Source of the DNA: Marsupella aquatica
Taxonomy: Eukaryota; Plantae; Marchantiophyta
Assembly: GCA_973895155.1 (NCBI GenBank)
Contig: OZ316892.1
Span: 29,394,932-29,458,931, forward strand
Reading direction: 5' to 3'
DNA: 64,000 nt
Both the position numbers and the translations under genes were made by a program. This document shows positions 40,965 through 52,118 of this stretch, piece after piece. The notes under the pieces are model-generated. The model made no database searches, was not told where the DNA came from, and saw only the letters and a list, made by a program, of their open reading frames with translations. Numbering within the stretch: position 1 is the stretch's first letter; each line of letters opens with the position of its first letter.

Positions 40965-41866
40965 CTTCCATAATCACTTGAGGAAAGATGAACTTTATGG
41001 ACTTTCATGTTGCATTAGAGACTTAGCTTGAGTGGCTTGGACTTTTGAGAATATGAAGTTGCAGATAGAGATCCCATTGTTTTGGGGCCATGTGATTAAA
41101 TTTTCCAATGTCAATTAAGATACCAAGATGTCTTTTGCAATTGCTGCACCATCAACCGAAGACCGTCTTGAGGCAAAATTTCATCAATACATATTCCAGA
41201 TGAAAATTGAAGAAGTGATTGGTGCAATAGGCAAATGACTCTTTGCCATACTTTATTGGTTGACCAGTCGACATGTCTATAATTGTTTGTCAATTAGTTT
41301 GCATCTTTGTTAGGCCGCTGTCAACAGTCTATTGCACATCTATACTTAATTAGTTTGTTTGTTGCTACAAAACTTGCGGTCAAATTGAGGATTGATGCAA
41401 TCAAATACATAGCTAAAAGGCATTTCCAAATATAGCAATCCGGATGTGGAAAACTGGCTGCTGGAGATTGCTTTTTCATGGATCTCTCCTTCACTGAAAT
41501 ATTTTTTTGGATTGCAGCCCTATTCGCCATCGAAAGATGTGAAAGCAGACTCTCCCAATCTCAATGAATCTAGTGCAACTGAAAATTGAAGGTAAAGAGT
41601 GTCTTTGGTTGAAGCCTATCAGATAGAACTATTTTGGTTTTGATGGCTTCCACATTGATTCAACTAAAAAATTAGTGGAGTTTGTTCAAATGGCTGAAGT
41701 AGAGAAGTATTCTTTAAATCTCAATTTATTCTAGAGCTTGCTACAAGATTTGAGCCAACATCAAAAACAATTCCAAGTGCGTACAATCAATATTTGTTTT
41801 GTAATCCTCACACTGCATTGGGAAGCGTTTCACGTACATTTCTAAGTCAAGGGTCCCCAACGAAGG
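40965..41866 (+). pseudogene. Crinkler (CRN)-like gene 2, middle and C-terminal part, degenerate
   Basis: Frameshifted motifs paralogous to CRN1: VAWTF.EYE, EDRLEAKF, ISLFVATKLAVKL, YSNPDVENWLLE, CLWLKPIR.NYFGFDG and LVEFVQ. Confidence 0.65.
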
Positions 41867-42691
41867 ACCTTGTACTTATCTGCCGGTCTACAAGGCGACA
41901 TGTCAAAAAGTGTCATAAATCGGTTGATCCTTAGTTTGCCTCAAGATAAGACCGACAGAGAAGTACTCACGGCATCCATTGTTAGTTTGTTTGCTGCTAT
42001 GAAACTCGCCATGAAATTGACATCAGCTGTAGCTGTACAATTAGCTAAAGTGGTTTCCCAACATAGCAATCCAGCGCTGGAAGGCTAGCTGGTGAAAATC
42101 TTCTTCTTCTTAGATCTCTCCTCCTTCGGACTGACACTCAAGGATCGCGACCCTAATAGCGATGCAAAGAAGTGGAACCAGTCTCTTCCATTCACAATGA
42201 CTTCAACGGAACTAAAAATTAACCCTGGAAGGTGTCTTTGGTTGAAGCCTACTCAATGGAATCAAGGTGATTTCGATGCGTGCTATATTGATGCAAATAA
42301 AGAATTAGTGGAGTTTGTGCAAATCACTACAGCAGAGAAGCATTCTTTTTACAGTGATTTCTTCCACAACCTGCTACAAGATTTGAGTGATCATCAAAAA
42401 CATTTCCAAGTGTGGACAGTCAAAAAAAATTTCGTAGTCCCCACACTGCAAGGGGAAGCGTTTCATATTCCTAAGTCAAAAGTATGCGGCGAAGGATTGC
42501 TGGAGAAGTTCGACGCAAAATGGAAACGAGGTGAAGAGTGTTCTCTGGTTCGAGTGCTACTTTTGGATTGCGATCTCATGCGTGCGGGAGATGCAGCAGG
42601 TACGTCTTGGCCGCATTTGATATCATTAGATCAATATTTTGTTGTCCTAGGATCATGGGAGTCGTTTGAGTCCCTTACTCAGAGGCGATGA
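41867..42691 (+). pseudogene. Crinkler (CRN)-like gene 1, C-terminal restriction-endonuclease-like domain
   Basis: GDMSKSVINRL, IVSLFAAMKLA, SNPALEG*LVKIFFF, WLKPTQWNQGDFDAC and FVQITTAEKH, motifs typical of CRN C-terminal PD-(D/E)xK-like domains. One in-frame stop at 42086-42088. Homologous to the palindrome arms at 27700-28490. Confidence 0.7.
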
Positions 42692-42784
42692 GAATTTGGG
42701 AAGACAGGAGACACGTCAAAGTTTGATGTTGTCGTGTTCTTGGCCCTGATTGAAGCCCTCTATCACTTGCGAGTCCTTTGGAGA

Positions 42785-43223
42785 GTAGTTCCTATGATGC
42801 AGGCGCTACTGGTAGCACGAGGGCTGAGTGAGATCAAAGCAAATCGGTTCTTTGAGCCAAAGATGAAGGGAGGGTTAGAAATGAAATGAAATGAAATTTT
42901 GTGAATCGGTCAGGGAGACAGCCACCAAAGAACCGGCCCGGGCAATGATTTTTGCCCCAACTTCAGAGTACCGTCACTTGCACCTACCCGCAACGATGTG
43001 CAGGTTCGTTGATGGATGGATGCTGAATCCCTACGGACCCCTTCATTTTGTAATCTTTGAAGAATCCAACTGCACAACATTCACTGATCCTGTGAATTAT
43101 TTGAGCAGACTCAACTCCGGGAGGCTGAATTTAGGTTGAAGTAGGACCCTGGTTTCAAGATATTTATCAGATGCTATGCGTGCGATTTGTCACAGTTATG
43201 TTGGAGATGAGGTAGTATAATCC
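42785..43223 (+). pseudogene. PFD4: Displaced copy of the PFD4 promoter, exon 1 and part of intron 1
   Basis: Reverse complement of ~23486-23932 (TAGTTCCTATGATG...CAACGATG..CAGGTTCGTTGATGG...GAGATGAGGTAGT). Confidence 0.85.
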
Positions 43224-43254
43224 AAACTTGGATGGACTTGACTCAAACACGAGT

Positions 43255-43657
43255 GTTTTTGGATTGCAGCCCTATTCGCCATCGAAAGATGTGAAAGCAG
43301 ACTCTCCCAATCTCAATGAATCTAATGCAACTGAAAATTGAAGGTAAAGAGTGTCTTTGGTTGAAGCCTATCAGATGGAACTATTTTGGTTTTGATGGCT
43401 TCCACATTGATTCAACTAAAGAATTAGTGGAGTTTGTTCAACTGGCTGAAGTAGAGCTTGCTACAAGATTTGAGCCAACATCAAAAACAATTTCAAGTGC
43501 GTACAATCAATATTTGTTTTGTAATCCTCACACTGCATTGGGAAGCGTTTCACGTACATTCCTAAGTCAAGGGTCCCCAACGAAGGAGGTGTAGGAGAAT
43601 TTTGACGCAAAATGGAAACAAGACAAAGAGCTGTCTGTGGTTGTAGTGATGCTTTAG
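43255..43657 (+). pseudogene. Duplicated C-terminal end of CRN-like gene 2
   Basis: Near-identical direct repeat of ~41503-41866 with a ~32 bp deletion between TAGAG repeats. It continues to FDAKWKQDKELSVVVVML*. Confidence 0.8.
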
Positions 43658-45230
43658 CATCACAATGTCAGACTTATATATGGAATGAGCAAGGCTTTCA
43701 ACTGTGGTTATCTAAATATTTTAGACAAATATTTTTGTTGTGCAAAGGGTTGAAGTTATCTTTGTACTCCTAACAGAGAAACTGGAGATTGAAGAATCCT
43801 AACTGACATTCGTGCCTTGGACATCCTCCCTAACTGGACAAAGGAGAATGAGCAGAAGTTAGTTCAAGTGCTTGGTTTAGTTGTAGAGATAGCCATTGCC
43901 AATATTTGATCAATTAAAGATTTCTGGATGTAGGATGAGGTTACTAAAGATAGCAATAACCTGTTGTCCTAGCTACTAGATCAATAGGTTGTTCAATAAC
44001 AAAATTGTGAATACTCTATTTGATTCTAATGTGATGAATTTGAAGTTATATTCTTTTATTAATTGATTTCAGCTAAGCTGATTTGAATTTTGATCCCATA
44101 ATGTGTGGAAAAATACAAAGTAAAAAATCAAGAAGGTCATTAAGTACTCCACAATGATGTAAGAGTTTTAGGATTCACACCAGAAAACCAATTGGGTAGT
44201 GTGCAGACTAAATGGGACTTTTTTAATTTTATTTTACAAAATAGTAATTAATTTTAAAAACCAAAAAACCAAGCCCTGGAGATCTCCTCCAGATCTTTCT
44301 TTTGAGCCCTATATGGCCAGTTGAAATAAATCGACAAGATTGGTAGACATAAACCAAAATGAATGGCTAAGATAGTAAGAATCTGATTTTGAATGGACGG
44401 CTAAGATCTCAAGATCAATTCCACCAATAAGATCAAAGAGATTGGTTTTCATTTTTTTCTCCTTAATATTCCATAGTTTGGCTGAAATTTCCTTTTGAGC
44501 CCTTGATGGAATTGGACAGTGGAGAGGACGCCCAGGGGCGAGAGGAGATCCAATGGCTGTTGGGAGGGGAAGGGATGGGTCACTTGTCAATCCGCTTGTC
44601 CAATGAGTGACCCAAACTTTTCAAATGAGGCCTTCGGAGGCTCTTGTACCAGGAGTTATGGGAGGTACATGCTTGATGGACCCATGAGTGATCCAGACTG
44701 TTGAAAGACCATGATACACCTTAAATTAACGTACCCAAAAACCTCATGGGGTTGGTTGGGGAGAAAAGTTTTGTTTGCATAATTATGACTTACATCAAAT
44801 TTTGGGCAGCAATACAAGTAACTTTTTGCCATAAGGATAGGTCATATGCCATTACAGTCAATCACTATAGAGGCTAGTGAAAGAAAAACAATTTTGTTCT
44901 TTCCAGAACCTTGTGAAAATGTCATGACTAGTCCTTTTGGGCCAAATGACATTATCCATAATTTCAAAGCTATGAGGCACCCTAATGGCATACTACCAAT
45001 CCTTATGGCAACAAAAATGGGCTATTAATGAATTTTGTATTCCCTAAATGTGTGTGTACATATTAATCCAGTAACTAGGTAGTTAAGGTCCATCAAGTTG
45101 TCTGTTTTGAGAGCCCTAATAGCCCTGTTGGCAATCACACATCAAAATGTGGTAATATAGTGCATGCACTCATTGATTTAAAGAAAACAAAGAGTTTTAT
45201 CATGATATGGAGTAATGTCCTGTACACAAT

Positions 45231-46282
45231 ATATGTCATATTTTGATGTGCAGTTACACTATCCCCCTAATAGTACCCTGAGTTGGCTAAAGAGTTTGTT
45301 CTCTATATGTCCTATTTTGATGTGCAATTACTGGGACCCCCCTAATAGTACCTTGAGTTGGCTAAAGAATCTGTTTCTCTATGTCCTATTTTGCTGTGCA
45401 GTTACTGGGACCCCCTAGTAGTACCCTGAGTTGGCTAAAGAATTTGTTTCTTTATGTCCTGTTTTGATGTGCAGTTACCGCCCCTAATCGTACCTTGAGT
45501 TGGCTAAAGAATCTGTTTCTCTATGTCCTATTTTGCTGTGCAGTTACTGGGACCCCCTAGTAGTACCCTGAGTTGGCTAAAGAATTTGTTTCTTTATGTC
45601 CTGTTTTGATGTGCAGTTACCGCCCCTAATCGTACCTTGAGTTGGCTAAAGAATCTGTTTCTCTATGTCCTATTTTGCTGTGCAGTTACTGGGACCCCCT
45701 AGTAGTACCCTGAGTTGGCTAAAGAATTTGTTTCTTTATGTCCTGTTTTGATGTGCAGTTACCGCCCCTAATCGTACCTTGAGTTGGCTAAAGAATTTGT
45801 TTCTCTATATGTACTATTTTGATGTGCAGTTACCTGGACCCCCCTAGTAGTACCCTGAGTTGGCTAAAGAATTTATTTCTCTATGTTCTATTTTGATGTG
45901 CAGTTACCTGGACCTCCCTAATAGTACCCTGAGTTGGCTAAAGAATTTATTTCTCTATGTCCTATTTTGATGTGCAGTTACCTGGACCTCCCTAATAGTA
46001 CCTTGAGTTGGCTAAGGAACTTATTTCTCTATATCCCATTTTGATATGCAGTTACCGGGACCCCCCTAATAGTACCCTAAGTTGGCTAAATAATTAGTTT
46101 CTCTATGTCCTATTTTGATATGCAGTTACAGGGCCCCCCCTAATAGTACCCTGAGTTGGCTAAAGAATTTGTTTCTCTATGTTCTATGGAATTTGTTTCT
46201 CTATGTCCTATTTTCATGTGCAGTTACCGGGACCCCCCTAATAGTACCCTTATTAGTTGGCTAAAGAATTTGTTTCTCTATG
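45231..46282. repeat. Minisatellite, 69-76 bp unit, ~14 copies
   Basis: TATGTCCTATTTTGATGTGCAGTTAC..GGACCCCCTAATAGTACCCTGAGTTGGCTAAAGAATTTGTTTCTC repeated with no unique spacers. Confidence 0.95.
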
Positions 46283-47344
46283 CCCCGACATGTGGCTCCC
46301 AGCCAGCCAATCAACCCTTCATCCGCAATACTCGAGAGGCCCTCAATGGACTGGACCCCACCGTTCATCCTCCTCTCTCAGATCCACTCTCTACACACTA
46401 ATTTAACTGGACCAACAGGATCAGCAGCAGCAAAAGGCCTCTCGTCGCTGCCCACCACATCCGTGTGCACGCCTGCCCTCTCCACGTCACCTCCAGAAGA
46501 AGATTCATTCTGTATGAGGTGCGAGCGCCCGCCACAGCGAGCCTCCATCGTCCACTGCAAGTCATCGGAAACGTTCGCCAAGGAATAATCTCGACATTGT
46601 GGACTCCATATCATTCATATCCGCTCCTGCCCACAAAACGATTTCCGTTCTTGTTCGGTGGTTCTGCTGCTGCTGCTCTGCGTTCTCTCTCTCGCCATCC
46701 CGTTCCAGTTTCGGTGCATCTCCAGCTCGCACACGGACGACGGGACCTCGGACCGAAGTTCTGAACGGAAATCTGCAGTTGTCTGTAACGAGGTGAGTGG
46801 GATGCTCTCTCCTTACTCTTCTAGTGCGAATGTGTTGTGAGCACGAGGAATTGGGTTGTTGAGTTTTGTGGCTCCTGAATTTAGACAGACTGTAGTGAGA
46901 AGAAGGAACGGGAGTGGCAGCAAGAGATAGAGAGAACAGACTGTCATCTAAGATCTAACGGATTAATTGCTAAGTTGAAGTCTCTAGGAGTGAGATAGAA
47001 GCAATGAAGGACGGAGTCGGTGAACAAATCGGTTATGTGAGACAGTGATCAAGGGAGGGTTAGAATTGAAATGGGAATCATCAGTTTAATTTCCAGGGAG
47101 ACTTATCCTGCTGGGATCTTCCTCGTGTGTGTTGAGTGCCCTTGAATCTATATTTTCGGTTGGTTTTGAATTCCCTGAGTGGTAGGTTGTTGTTGAACCA
47201 ATCGATAGAAATGGTAGGAGGGACGCAAAGCAGAGACTTATTGCAAATTTGTGGTCTGGAGAGACGAGTCACTTATCTGATGTGTGGCTTGCAGCTTTTG
47301 AGAAGACAGCAAAAAAGTGCCAGAGGAAGCTAAAGGTTAGGAAG

Positions 47345-50300
47345 ATGGCGCTTGTCGTAGGAATGACGGCTTTACCAGCATGCTCTTCGTTACAGCCTTC
47401 ACTGATTCGGGGAGCCTCTCAGAGAAGAGCTCCGAGTTTGTTGAAGACTAAATTTATGGGTGAAAGATTGGCATTAGCTGTTTCTGACGAGGTTGCCGAG
47501 CAGAAGAAAAGAAGCGTATCCGCAGTGACTGCCGCATCAGCTAATGGTTTGTCAAATAAGCTTCCGGCAGTAGTGCTTGCATCTCTTGCTCTTGGATTGA
47601 ACCAAGCAGCTTTGGCAGCAGATGTAGTCCCACCGCCCCAGAACCCTATCGAGGCGTTGCAGCAGGCAGCCCCAAAGTCGAGTCCCTTCGCTGGATCCTC
47701 AATATCTGCCCCACCAGTTGCTGCTCCCAAGAAGGCTGACCTCCCAGAAGGTAATCAGTGGAGGTACAGTGAATTTCTGAACGCCGTGAAGGGTGGCAAG
47801 GTGGAGAGAGTCCGCTTCGCCAAGGATGGTTCGGGCCTGCAGCTCACGGCTGTTGATGGCCGCCGAGCGAATGTCACTCTCCCCAATGACCCTGACCTAG
47901 TGGACATCCTGGCAACGAATGGTGTTGATATTTCCGTCTCTGAAGGAGATGCCTCCAATAGCTATGTCAACATCCTGGGCAACCTTCTCTTCCCCATCTT
48001 GGCTTTTGGTGGGTTGTTCTTTCTCTTCCGCAGAGCTCAAGGCGGGTCAGGGGGCCCTGGAGGCATTGGAGGTCCCATGGACTTTGGCAGGTCCAAATCT
48101 AAATTCCAGGAAGTGCCAGAGACCGGTGTCAGTTTTGAGGATGTCGCCGGAGCTGACCAGGCTAAGTTGGAGCTTCAGGAGGTTGTAGACTTTTTGAAGA
48201 ACCCTGACAAGTATACCGCTTTGGGAGCTAAGATTCCTAAGGGATGCCTGCTTGTCGGTCCCCCCGGGACTGGAAAAACCCTGCTAGCCAGAGCAGTGGC
48301 CGGCGAGGCTGGTGTACCTTTCTTCTCGTGTGCGGCTTCGGAGTTTGTGGAGCTCTTTGTCGGAGTTGGAGCTTCAAGGGTTAGGGATTTGTTCGAGAAG
48401 GCGAAAGCCAAGGCTCCTTGCATCCTCTTCATTGACGAAATTGATGCCGTTGGGAGGCAGAGAGGAGCTGGAATGGGAGGAGGGAACGATGAGCGAGAGC
48501 AGACGATCAATCAGCTTCTAACTGAGATGGACGGTTTCAATGGTAACAGTGGAGTTATTGTTTTGGCGGCCACTAACAGGCCTGATGTCCTTGATTCAGC
48601 GCTTCTAAGGCCTGGTCGATTTGATCGACAAGTGACAGTTGATAGGCCTGATGTTGCTGGGCGGGTCAAGATCTTACAGGTAGTTTATTGTCTGTGTATC
48701 GAGATGGTGTGCTCTGTTCGGTATCATTTGTGTTTTCTTAAAATGGGAATGAGACGCAGTTGGTCAAATTTGAAGGTTAAGGCTTTTATCTAGCAATGAC
48801 GTTGCATTGAAATTTCAAATCAACTGTAAAATCCTAAATTCGTCGTCTTAAATAGAAGGCAACATATTACTCAAAATGAAAGCTGAGAGTTTTTCTTCGA
48901 AGAATCAGGTCGTGGTGAGAGGGTTTTCTCGTTCTAGCGTGGACAGTAATACGGGTGATCAAATTTAATCCTGAGAGGTTGTTACAAGGAAGTTATTTTG
49001 TGTTCAGGTTTTGCAGTTTGTGTTTCATAGGTAACGTGAAGATGCTGATTAATTGTGAATGGCTACAGGTGCACTCTAAGGGCAAGTCTCTGGCTAAAGA
49101 TGTTGATTTCGAGAAGATCTCGAGAAGAACACCAGGTTTCACTGGTGCAGACTTGCAAAACTTGATGAATGAAGCCGCAATTCTTGCTGCTAGACGAGAC
49201 TTGAAGGAAATTAGCAAGGACGAAATCGCTGATGCACTTGAGCGTATAATTGCTGGGCCAGAGAAGAAGGGTGCCGTTGTGTCTGAAGAGAGGAGGAGGC
49301 TTGTAGCTTACCACGGTACAGTCACTAGTCTGCCAATTCACTTGCCACAATTTCACATTCACTTCGGATGGACTGTATTATTTAGCGATTGATGTTGCTA
49401 AGATCTCTGTAATTGATGTGATTTATGATATAATCTCTGTAATCTCTGTAGTTGATGTAATTTGTGAACTGGATTAATCATGCAATGCACAGCGAATATG
49501 GCTTGGCGGGTGTGCATGCTTAGTCGCCGACTCTGACTCGTATCGTGGATTATTCCAGAAGCTGGTCATGCATTGGTTGGTGCTCTCATGCCTGAGTACG
49601 ATCCTGTTGCAAAGATCTCCATCGTTCCTCGGGGTGGTGCTGGAGGATTGACTTTCTTTGCCCCCAGTGAGGAGAGGCTGGAGTCTGGATTGTACAGCAA
49701 ATCTTACTTGGAGAACCAAATGGCTGTGGCTCTTGGTGGCAGGTAAGGGCCTGCTTCTTTTAAATGTGACACGCCATCCACATTGGTTTCAAGATCGAGT
49801 TACTGAATGAATTGATCAACGGGTGGATATTAGAATACTCTGGGCTGACCGAGGTATTGCTTATTGTCGATGTGATAATTACCTCAGAATTGCCGAAGAG
49901 CTTATTTTTGGAAAGGAGAATGTTACTACTGGAGCTTCAAATGATTTCATGCAAGTTTCCCGGGTTGCTCGACAAATGGTTGAGAGATTCGGCTTCAGCA
50001 AGAAGGTCGGACAGTTGTCCCTCGGCGGGGGAGGAGGAAACCCCTTCCTTGGACAGCAGGTAGATACCATCCGTCTTCTCTATTGTCGTCTTTTATCTAC
50101 GGAGTTGTTCATGCTTTTCGCATGTTGCTTGTAGGCAGTAGTCTCCAACTTATGGTAGCAGTCATTTAACACAAACGGTCCATCTGTCGCTATGCAGGTT
50201 TCGAATCAATCAGACCATTCTATGGCCACATCCGATATCATTGATTCCGAGGTCAGAGAGCTCGTGGAGAAAGCCTATGCGAGGGCAAAGACTTTGATGG

Positions 50301-50419
50301 AAACCCACATTGAAATCCTGCACAAGCTGGCGACTTTATTGTTGGAGAAAGAGACCATAGATGGTGAGGAATTTTTGAGCCTGTTTATTGACGGGAAAGC
50401 TGAACTTTATGTGAATTAG
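47345..50419 (+). CDS. FTSH1: Chloroplast ATP-dependent zinc metalloprotease FtsH, type A (FtsH1/FtsH5-VAR1)
   Basis: Exons 47345-48679, 49069-49315, 49559-49742, 49888-50059 and 50198-50419. Transit-peptide-like N-terminus, [13 protein letters not shown], Walker A GPPGTGKT, Walker [12 protein letters not shown] and the HEAGH zinc motif. Probable 5'UTR intron ~46793-47294. Confidence 0.97.
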
Positions 50420-52118
50420 ATAGTGTACATCAGGCTCTGATCTCAAACTCGGTTTCTCAAGAAATGTGAATTGGGTCGACTTTAGATCACCCAGTACGAG
50501 GATTTTTGGAGATGAATGAATCTTCTGTAGAATGACGTGTATTATATGGGATGATTTGCTCCCACCACCTGGGAACTCCCAAGATGAGGAAGTTCAGCAG
50601 GTTGTACTCACAGATTGACTTTGGCAACATGTTTTGGTGAAGAAGGCCCGCTTCATCACAATGGAATTATATGTGCCGAATTGGAAATCATGATTGGTCC
50701 ATTTGTCGAATCTCTGGGATGGTCTCACGCTCGTTCGAAACTAGAGTCTCGTGTCAATGAAAATGATGCTGACAGTCCTTGAGGAGTTGTCAGTGTGTCT
50801 ATCTGCTGGGTTTTAGTGAGAAATTGGAAGGATTTGAGAGCGTTTGATAATCAATGATTTCAGTGAAAGTCCTCTGGTCGTACTTCAAATCCAGGGAACA
50901 ACAATGGTTCCATCAATGTAAACTCGACACGTTCACATGCATTCCTCGTTTGGTGTTGCACCAAAGGCGGCGAACTGGCTGGATACATTCTATACAGTCT
51001 GGTGACGCCCAATTCATAAAGCAAGCTTGTCCCCTACATTTAGCTTTTTTTGGACAATTGGTAGTGTTTGACTATGTTAAAATTTACTGTCTTGATCTTA
51101 TTTTCTAGAAGAGGATTACAGTCGGATGAAATCATATTATTCTGGTTGGTATACGTTGAATGACAAGTGGAAACCACGAGACCACAAGTTGTGATCCCTC
51201 AAGACAGACATATGGAACATGGCTTTGTGCAGATGTAGTTCCCGACTGTCTCTCATGCTGATAAATTACTATCCAGTACCGAACAATCTAATCGTTTCTG
51301 AGTATTTCTGTTCACTTTGGGGATTCGACAACCTTGATATTGAAATTGGTAGTGCTCAGTTTCTGACAGAAGCTTTGTTCAACATACGCGAAAAGGTGAT
51401 GTAGGGTTTAGGGAGACCTGAAGGCCCTAAAGCCTAAATCCTAAACTCCTAAACTAGTAACCGTAAGGATGGATGGAATGACAGCGGATAGGGTACGAAG
51501 GATCACAGATTCTCCATAGCTAGGAGACAGTCCAAGTACAAGGGAGGTCCCCTGTCCTGACAGGACGAGCTGGATTCTCGTCTAGTATCACATCATCATT
51601 TTGTGAGTGTCACTTAAAGTCACACTGGCATTCTTCAGCTTCACAGAATGACCATCAACAATTGAAAATCTTCATCCTTGATTCAGAAGGTCAATTAAAT
51701 CAGAATTACAGTCTCACGAAATGCAAGGAACTCGGATCACTCATTTAAGTAGAGCCATACGCAACGACCACTGTGCATACCAATCGAATTTCTCCATTCA
51801 AGATTTAGAATAAACACGTCAAGAAAGTGGTCTCGTTCCCGAACACCTACTGTATTGACGACATGGTTAGGGAGGACAGTTGCTTATCCTGCTCAGCCTC
51901 ATTCAGACGTGTCTGTTCTATTATCAAACAGCCCGTAATGGAATGCATGTACTCCAGTGCTCAGTCTGAACAGTCTAGTATGACGTCATGTAAAAAAACA
52001 GATGTCTGCTTCTAACAATTGTTATCTTAGCAACTGTCATGACGTACATCTTGGATAAATACGAGAAAAGCTCCTGTCACTCAACATATCGGGATGCCAG
52101 TGCTAGGAATTTATTGTT

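Noticed and set aside
45231-46282. CRISPR-like array
   Set aside because: Units repeat along their whole length with no unique spacers, there are no cas genes and the context is eukaryotic. It is a minisatellite.
47249-47344. Longer FtsH N-terminus from the ORF track
   Set aside because: Non-ATG start spanning a probable 5'UTR intron acceptor. The ATG at 47345 gives a normal transit peptide.
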